Source: a virus. Taken from it: 64,000 nt of DNA. The stretch is taken from positions 22,404 to 86,403 of IMG/VR virus record IMGVR_UViG_3300027839_000001. One strand, 5' to 3'. A model generated the notes under the pieces. It saw nothing but the letters and a program-made list of their open reading frames with translations. It was not told the origin of the DNA and did no database searches. Made by a program: the position numbers and the translations under genes. Shown one piece after another: positions 58,870 through 64,000 of the stretch (positions within the stretch are counted from its first letter, which is position 1; every line of letters begins with the position of its first letter).

Positions 58870-59388
58870 TTAGCCCCCTGTGCTTACGGTATTTACAGTG
58901 GAAATAGTAGCGGCGTATGGTGCCGAGGTCCACGGTGATGTGCGTACACTACAATGATACACTTCATTGAGTGCAGTGAATAGCTTGTCGGCTTGCCAGT
59001 CAACGTGCCGACGTGCTAGGTTAGGTTCGGCATACTCTCTCATGCATACACCAATGCCTTGATGCCATGCTTCACCTGCCGTATCCCATACGACAGTGAT
59101 AAGCTCGCTTGCAAATACAGCGGCGGTGTCTCTGCTGTGATTGAAGTCCTTGATGTCGTACCCGTCATCGTTGTAGTAGGACCTGATGCGATCCATTGAT
59201 GGGTACATAGAGCGAGACATACATTCAACTAGTGAAACGTATGCCTCATGGTATTCATGCTCGTCGTTAACGTCTAGGTCAAGTGAGTCGGATGACCCAC
59301 CTGGACCCATTGACAGGTCAACGTAGACCAGCCGGTAATACTCATCCCATTGATTGGGTGTACTGGGAAACCAGTTTCCTCGGCCCAT
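58870..59388 (-). CDS. hypothetical protein
   Basis: MGRGNWF start; AAGGAG RBS. Confidence 0.65.
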   Translation of the reverse strand: MGRGNWFPSTPNQWDEYYRLVYVDLSMGPGGSSDSLDLDVNDEHEYHEAYVSLVECMSRSMYPSMDRIRSYYNDDGYDIKDFNHSRDTAAVFASELITVVWDTAGEAWHQGIGVCMREYAEPNLARRHVDWQADKLFTALNEVYHCSVRTSPWTSAPYAATISTVNTVSTGG

Positions 59389-59434
59389 TTGCTTTCTCCT
59401 TCTTGTTAGATGCTGTTAAGATTTACAGTGGAAA

Positions 59435-60061
59435 TTAGTTAAGAGTACCGAGTCGTTGAGCTATGTTGGTCAGCGCTGGTCGTGCCCTGAGGTAGTCTTG
59501 CATGTTCATGGTTGCAGTCATCATGCCTACTAGCGTTTGAATGTCAGGGTCACTACTGAAAGTTGTAGCTGGCTTACAATCATCACTCCATTGCTTGTAG
59601 TCCTTGCCCCATTTCTTTGACATGGTACAGATGGGCATGTTGTCGTTGAGATTGACGTGGTATGCCTGGAACTGCTGATCGTTCTCTGCTTCCATTACAG
59701 CACATGCATGTTCGTCACCGAATCCTTCCCAGCATTCACTGATCCAACAAAGGTAATCATCGAAGTCGTGCGGGTCATCGCCTCCCGCTTCTATCTCATT
59801 GACCATGCCCCACATGATGTACTCACTGATCTTCTGAGCAAGTGTGCCATCTAGCAGGAGGTCTTGTGAGGCCAGTAGTTCAGCGTACTTGTCCATGATC
59901 ATGGTGTGGTATCCGGGCCAGTCATCAGCTATGTCATCCATGTCAATGACGTAGCCTCCCATTTGCGAGTGGCCCACTACTGGACGGTCCACTCGTATGT
60001 TAATGTAGCGGTCGAGTGTTCCTTCGTCTGCCGGTACTTGTTCATTTGCATCGTCACTCAT
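59435..60061 (-). CDS. hypothetical acidic protein
   Basis: Palindrome plus AAGGA before ATG 60061; palindrome directly after the stop. Confidence 0.65.
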   Translation of the reverse strand: MSDDANEQVPADEGTLDRYINIRVDRPVVGHSQMGGYVIDMDDIADDWPGYHTMIMDKYAELLASQDLLLDGTLAQKISEYIMWGMVNEIEAGGDDPHDFDDYLCWISECWEGFGDEHACAVMEAENDQQFQAYHVNLNDNMPICTMSKKWGKDYKQWSDDCKPATTFSSDPDIQTLVGMMTATMNMQDYLRARPALTNIAQRLGTLN

Positions 60062-60297
60062 TGTATTGTCCTTGTTTACAGTGGAAATGCGGGTGGAAAT
60101 ATAAAACATGTGGGACGGTGTGGTCGTGATGCTCCCCCCATTAAAGAAAGCATCGTACTCCATCCGTTCGTTATGCTACGTACACTATTGGAAAGACACG
60201 GCAATGTCAGCCGTGGTACATAGTAACTGCCCACATGGTGAGCAGGTGCCGTTAAGCACCATGATCTGCATGAGTGGTGAGAATTGAAAGGCTCGCC

Positions 60298-60744
60298 CTA
60301 CATACAGGCTCTAGTTACTGCTGGCATTGGGGATGCACCATCAAGCCATTCTTCCACGTCTAGCTTGTGGCATTCAATCTTAAGCTTTGCCAGTGTTACA
60401 AACTCAGCCGGTACTACTAGACTGTATAGGCTAGGCATCATGTCGTCACCGAATCGAACACGACCACCGGGACCTGAACCATGCGGTGATATGCGGCGTG
60501 CCTTTTTCTCAAGGGTTATGCATGGTATGGGTGCTTCATTGTTTAGGTACGATGCCTTCATCACTGCCTCCCACTCATGGCATTGCTTCATACCATAGTA
60601 GTCCCATGGTGTTGAGTGAGGTGAGTACACTGCCACTGCGATGTAACCTATGGGTGGTAACTGAATGCTGTGTTCTATGCCGCTGACTTCGGACGTAATG
60701 ATCTGTAGCTGGTCACGTGATGGGTTACGTGGTGTGTTAGGCAT
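60298..60744 (-). CDS. hypothetical protein
   Basis: 148 aa; AAGGA RBS. Confidence 0.6.
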   Translation of the reverse strand: MPNTPRNPSRDQLQIITSEVSGIEHSIQLPPIGYIAVAVYSPHSTPWDYYGMKQCHEWEAVMKASYLNNEAPIPCITLEKKARRISPHGSGPGGRVRFGDDMMPSLYSLVVPAEFVTLAKLKIECHKLDVEEWLDGASPMPAVTRACM

Positions 60745-61150
60745 GCGATTGTCCTTCCTTATAGTATTCCATTGCTGTATCTACTGCCTTGAGCAGTATG
60801 TTAACTTGGTCGGAACCTAGCAGGCCCATGTATAGTTCTGTTGACACGCCCAATGTTTCTGCGATGTCGTTGATCATGTAGTTAGCCATGTCATCAATGT
60901 CGAATGCCACTGATAGGCTGTCATCTGCCTTGACTCTAACTAGAGCCAGTCTTACTGCCGGTCAGCCAAAGGTTTCAATGTCATCATCTTCGCAGTCGGC
61001 TAGGTCGCAAGCACTGCGGCCCATTAGTGGACCGTATCCCCATTCATTACCCTCGCCCCCTGCCTCAGTGTATTCTTCGATGTCATCCCTTAGCTTGGTG
61101 AGTTCCTTGAGCGTGATAGCGTGGTTGTTGTGTTGATTCTGTGACATCAT
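60737..61150 (-). pseudogene. ORF interrupted by one in-frame TGA (60962-60964)
   Basis: ..DDDIETFG*PAVRLALVRVKADD..EGQSHA* is continuous in one frame and overlaps the next start. Confidence 0.5.
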
Positions 61151-61202
61151 TACTCCAATAGGTTAATGTTTACAGTGGAAATGTGAACGGAAATGTGAGT
61201 AG

Positions 61203-61478
61203 AAAAACACACCCCATGCCACGCCAAACCTGAGGGTAAGAAGGGTTGGCTTGCACTGCTAAGGATCGGGCAGGAAACCTAGCAGCGTGTGACACAGGGC
61301 ATGTGCGGTACTAGTGACTGCTCTCTAGTACCATGCTTCGATGTACAGTACAGGTCATTGAGTTCATTGAGTTCATTGAGTTCGCCAAGGTTGGTTGCGT
61401 AGTAGAAGTAGAGCTTGGGTTTAAGCTGGACAGTGAAGAGGAGCCATGATTCTTTCCAATGTAAAGATGGTGGGGAAC
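61203..61478 (-). ncRNA. candidate structured leader or small RNA
   Basis: Downstream of a consensus promoter; multi-stem fold with G-U pairs ending in a U-tract. Confidence 0.35.
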
Positions 61479-61484
61479 CCCTCT

Positions 61485-61513
61485 ATTATACCATACATAT
61501 GGCACCTTGTCAA
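61485..61513 (-). promoter_or_regulatory. consensus sigma70 promoter
   Basis: Minus strand TTGACA-17 nt-TATAAT with extended -10 TG. Confidence 0.9.
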
Positions 61514-61549
61514 GGGGGTGGTGGAATTTTGTTAGCGGTAGTAATAGAG

Positions 61550-61972
61550 TTAGCATGCGTCCATTGCTAGTCGCATGTCAGCAGCAGCTTTCATGTGACC
61601 ATTCTGTTCGAGCCATTGAGCAGCGACGACCCATTGGTCTGATGGTGAGGGATCAACGAGTGCTGTCCTTGCTGGTGCCATTAGCTCGGTGAATTGCCTG
61701 TCGCTCACTGACCTATGAGGTGGTGAGTCAGTGCCTGATACGTGAGTACCAGAAGCTATAGGTACGGCAGCCAGGTGATTCGACGTGGCTCTTGTTGATC
61801 CCATGTCACGGTTAATGACAAGTCCAGTCTCTTTAGATGCGAAGGCAATGAGTGTCTGGTAACTGAAGTACCAGTCCCTATTGAATCCATCTGTGAACAA
61901 AGTTGCCGACCAGTCAGGCTGTTCACTGCGTGTGAATCTGAATGGTGCACGGTGTGGTATGTACATTGACAT
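61550..61972 (-). CDS. hypothetical protein
   Basis: WYFSYQTLIAF..G..T..HL motif; AAGGA before ATG 61972. Confidence 0.6.
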   Translation of the reverse strand: MSMYIPHRAPFRFTRSEQPDWSATLFTDGFNRDWYFSYQTLIAFASKETGLVINRDMGSTRATSNHLAAVPIASGTHVSGTDSPPHRSVSDRQFTELMAPARTALVDPSPSDQWVVAAQWLEQNGHMKAAADMRLAMDAC

Positions 61973-62040
61973 GTGTAACATCCTTGCATGTTTACAGTAT
62001 TTACAGTGGAAAGAATCTACTGGCATCCCTGCTGGCATCC

Positions 62041-62604
62041 CTACTCATACTCAAGTGCTGCGGCGGCGTTGAGTGCTTGCTGTTCTACACGTGTCAGCTT
62101 ATACCACCAGTGTGGTGCCTTGTCTGTGTTATCGGCATCGAGTCTACCATCGGGTGTCTCGACTGTACCATCAGGGGTGTCCGTTACATGGTCATGTCCG
62201 TCACCACCCAGCGGGGTAGCAGTGCCCGCCTCTACTGACTCTTGATGGATGCGCCATAGCTTACGGTAAAGCTTGTCACTATTCCTGTCCTCTTCAGGTA
62301 GGAACTGCTGGTATGATAGGCATTCGGCTGCCTCGTCAGCAGTGTATGAGGTGAGGTAGTAATTCATTGGGGTGGGTGGTAGCTCATCAGTCAGGTCAGC
62401 GGAAGGATCGTGTGCTGGCATTCCCTTGTCGTGAAATGTCAGCCGCTTTACCTTGATTACCTCGCAGACCTTACGCTTGCAGTCCCTTGCTGCCTGCCTC
62501 TTGACTGACGCGAATGTAATGCCATCCCCTTCCCACTCTTGAGGCAGTAGGTGTCGTGCATTGGGCAACGGTGCAAATGTGACTCGGAATCTACTAGTCT
62601 TCAT
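62041..62604 (-). CDS. hypothetical protein
   Basis: 187 aa; GAGGA RBS. Confidence 0.6.
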   Translation of the reverse strand: MKTSRFRVTFAPLPNARHLLPQEWEGDGITFASVKRQAARDCKRKVCEVIKVKRLTFHDKGMPAHDPSADLTDELPPTPMNYYLTSYTADEAAECLSYQQFLPEEDRNSDKLYRKLWRIHQESVEAGTATPLGGDGHDHVTDTPDGTVETPDGRLDADNTDKAPHWWYKLTRVEQQALNAAAALEYE

Positions 62605-62622
62605 TGTTCTTTTCCTCTTGTG

Positions 62623-63111
62623 TTAGTTGTCTGAATGTATCATCTGAATGCACCAATCATCATGGTCCCGTTCCCAGTAACCATCTTCAATGGAGTCTTC
62701 AATGTCGTCGGGAATTTCGCCGTTGGTGTGTTCTTCTATGAGTGCCCTGAAGAGTGCCTCTGCCTCTTCGGATGTGCTGAAAGAGTGCAGTGAAACTACT
62801 GTCCCTGTACTGTCAACCTCTAGTACATTAATTGTGTCCATTGTTCTTGTCCTCTGTGTCGGTACAGGCGTTGGTACTAGTATGTCATCAATTGAAATGC
62901 GGTAGTCAAGGTCGCGCTTATACTGGTGCAGTGCGTCGATGTCACCACCCTCATCAAGAGTAATATGGACAAAGACTTGCGTGACGATGGACTGTCCATT
63001 GGAGCTGCGAGTTAAGGGCTGGCTTTCCAGTGTAAACTCTTTGGTAACTGGTCGGCCATCTATCAGTGCGATGAAGTCATTGCGGTCCAGTGTTAGTCGA
63101 AGCCTAGCCAT
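62623..63111 (-). CDS. hypothetical protein
   Basis: 162 aa; GGAGGA RBS. Confidence 0.6.
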   Translation of the reverse strand: MARLRLTLDRNDFIALIDGRPVTKEFTLESQPLTRSSNGQSIVTQVFVHITLDEGGDIDALHQYKRDLDYRISIDDILVPTPVPTQRTRTMDTINVLEVDSTGTVVSLHSFSTSEEAEALFRALIEEHTNGEIPDDIEDSIEDGYWERDHDDWCIQMIHSDN

Positions 63112-63583
63112 CGGTGTCCTCCTCTTCTACTATGTAGCCACTGAAGTCTTGTCCGAATGTCTTAGCGAGCCATTCATACCCAGCACCCTGGCTTGCAAAG
63201 CCTGACTCAAGGCAGGTGCCACAGTCATCTATGCTTACTGACCAAGTGCGAGGTTGGTCATTGATCTCCTGTTCTATGGCATCAATGTCAAGAGGGTCAG
63301 TCACTCGTTTGATGACCTGCATCTTGCCATCGGCTGTGATCATGCAGATCCTATAGCTGTTGTCATCGTAGGAGTACTTCAGCCAGTCATACACTACATG
63401 TATGTCCATTACATACAATGGACTGGGATCGTAGTGATCGAACTTAAAGAGTATGACATAGCGATAGCCAAGGCTATGCCGTTGCTTGATACGGTCATTG
63501 CTTGGTGGGTTGTCGGAAGGCGATTCATTAGTCATCATAGTCCTCGCTAGTGTATGGTGAGTCGGCATCGAAACAAGTATCAC
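63104..63583 (-). CDS. hypothetical protein
   Basis: ORF tiling the array; true start may be near 63538. Confidence 0.55.
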   Translation of the reverse strand: MILVSMPTHHTLARTMMTNESPSDNPPSNDRIKQRHSLGYRYVILFKFDHYDPSPLYVMDIHVVYDWLKYSYDDNSYRICMITADGKMQVIKRVTDPLDIDAIEQEINDQPRTWSVSIDDCGTCLESGFASQGAGYEWLAKTFGQDFSGYIVEEEDTDG

Positions 63584-63998
63584 TGTAGCCTAGCCGTAAC
63601 AGTATGGCTATTACATACGTCACGCCTCCCGGCATGGTGGGAATCAATTCATGCATCTGAACGTAGTTGTTCTCCATTAGCCAGTCATATATGACCATTG
63701 CATTGGAGAGCATGCAGTATCGGAAGTCGTCGCGATCTACACCTTCAGGGTAATAGAACCTGGATTGTTCAATGTTGCAAGCAGTCAGGCACCGAGCATA
63801 CTCCTTTACGGCAGGTAGTATGACTGCCGGTAGTTTAAGAAAGGGCTGGTGAGGTATGACACCACTCTCAATGGTGCCAAGCCACTTTGCGATGTCCCAA
63901 CCCTGTTCATTGGTCAGCGGCTCACCTTCAAGCTCATTGTAGTCACACCCACTGGGATTAGGGTGAGGGTATTTAGGTTTATGTTTCTGTTTAGTCAT
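63528..63998 (-). CDS. hypothetical protein (may extend beyond window)
   Basis: 156-aa ORF at the window edge. Confidence 0.55.
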   Translation of the reverse strand: MTKQKHKPKYPHPNPSGCDYNELEGEPLTNEQGWDIAKWLGTIESGVIPHQPFLKLPAVILPAVKEYARCLTACNIEQSRFYYPEGVDRDDFRYCMLSNAMVIYDWLMENNYVQMHELIPTMPGGVTYVIAILLRLGYSDTCFDADSPYTSEDYDD

Positions 63999-64000
63999 GG

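Larger units (their letters stand above)
531..63036. repeat. Dispersed 13-bp palindrome TTT(C/A)CAnTG(G/T)AAA, about 60 exact copies
   Basis: Starts read by eye: 531,1905,2788,4207,5045,6245,6994,8706,9581,10798,11654,12415,13528,14362,15424,16296,17584,17852,21365,22387,23521,24522,25256,26465,28116,29901,30812,31637,33433,35024,35751,35936,36643,38008,38360,39385,40728,41847,43102,44541,45194,46900,48230,49123,49958,51287,52156,52981,53925,54985,56244,57336,58505,58892,59422,60075,61169,61453,62000,63024. One-mismatch copies at 18937,19658,25815,32215,36982,39746. Confidence 0.97.

Noticed and set aside
531-63036. Palindrome as a CRISPR repeat or integron attC array
   Set aside because: It is only 13 bp, spaced about 1 kb apart and mostly inside genes; there is no spacer-sized periodicity, cas gene or RYYYAAC/GTTRRRY attC structure
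531-63036. Palindrome as an RNA hairpin/terminator or as a by-product of a protein motif
   Set aside because: Variants break pairing without compensation, there are no U-tracts, and it is read in several different frames and in intergenic DNA
1-64000. tRNA/rRNA genes, introns, inteins, transposases, DGR
   Set aside because: No cloverleaf, splice or intein motifs, DDE transposase, reverse transcriptase or adenine-specific repeat pair recognised by eye

Overview
A 64-kb slice of a large tailed (most likely siphovirus-like) bacteriophage or phage-plasmid genome; no rRNA, tRNA or CRISPR array was seen. Plus strand (1-41032): 5'-truncated DnaG/TOPRIM primase fused to an MCM-type helicase, RuvC-like resolvase, terminase, portal, protease/scaffold, capsid, neck and tail genes (including a -1 frameshifted tail chaperone and a 1500-aa tape measure), tail-tip/fibre genes with a GC-richer cassette, Cys-rich proteins, and a membrane-protein/papain-like-peptidase cluster in the lysis position. 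Minus strand (41059-64000): tyrosine recombinase, a degenerate-MTase/SNF2 fusion, a ParB-like protein and many small early-type genes with a perfect sigma70 promoter. The standout signal is a 13-bp palindrome, TTT(C/A)CAnTG(G/T)AAA. I count about 60 exact copies by eye (chance expectation about 0.015), spaced roughly every 1 kb through genes and gene junctions. Its architecture matches the KorB operator (TTTAGCSGCTAAA), and the window encodes an orphan ParB/KorB-like protein, so a genome-wide clamp-loading grid is the leading hypothesis. All protein calls are from motif recognition by eye; no database searches were run. A Planctomycetota-like host is suspected but unproven.
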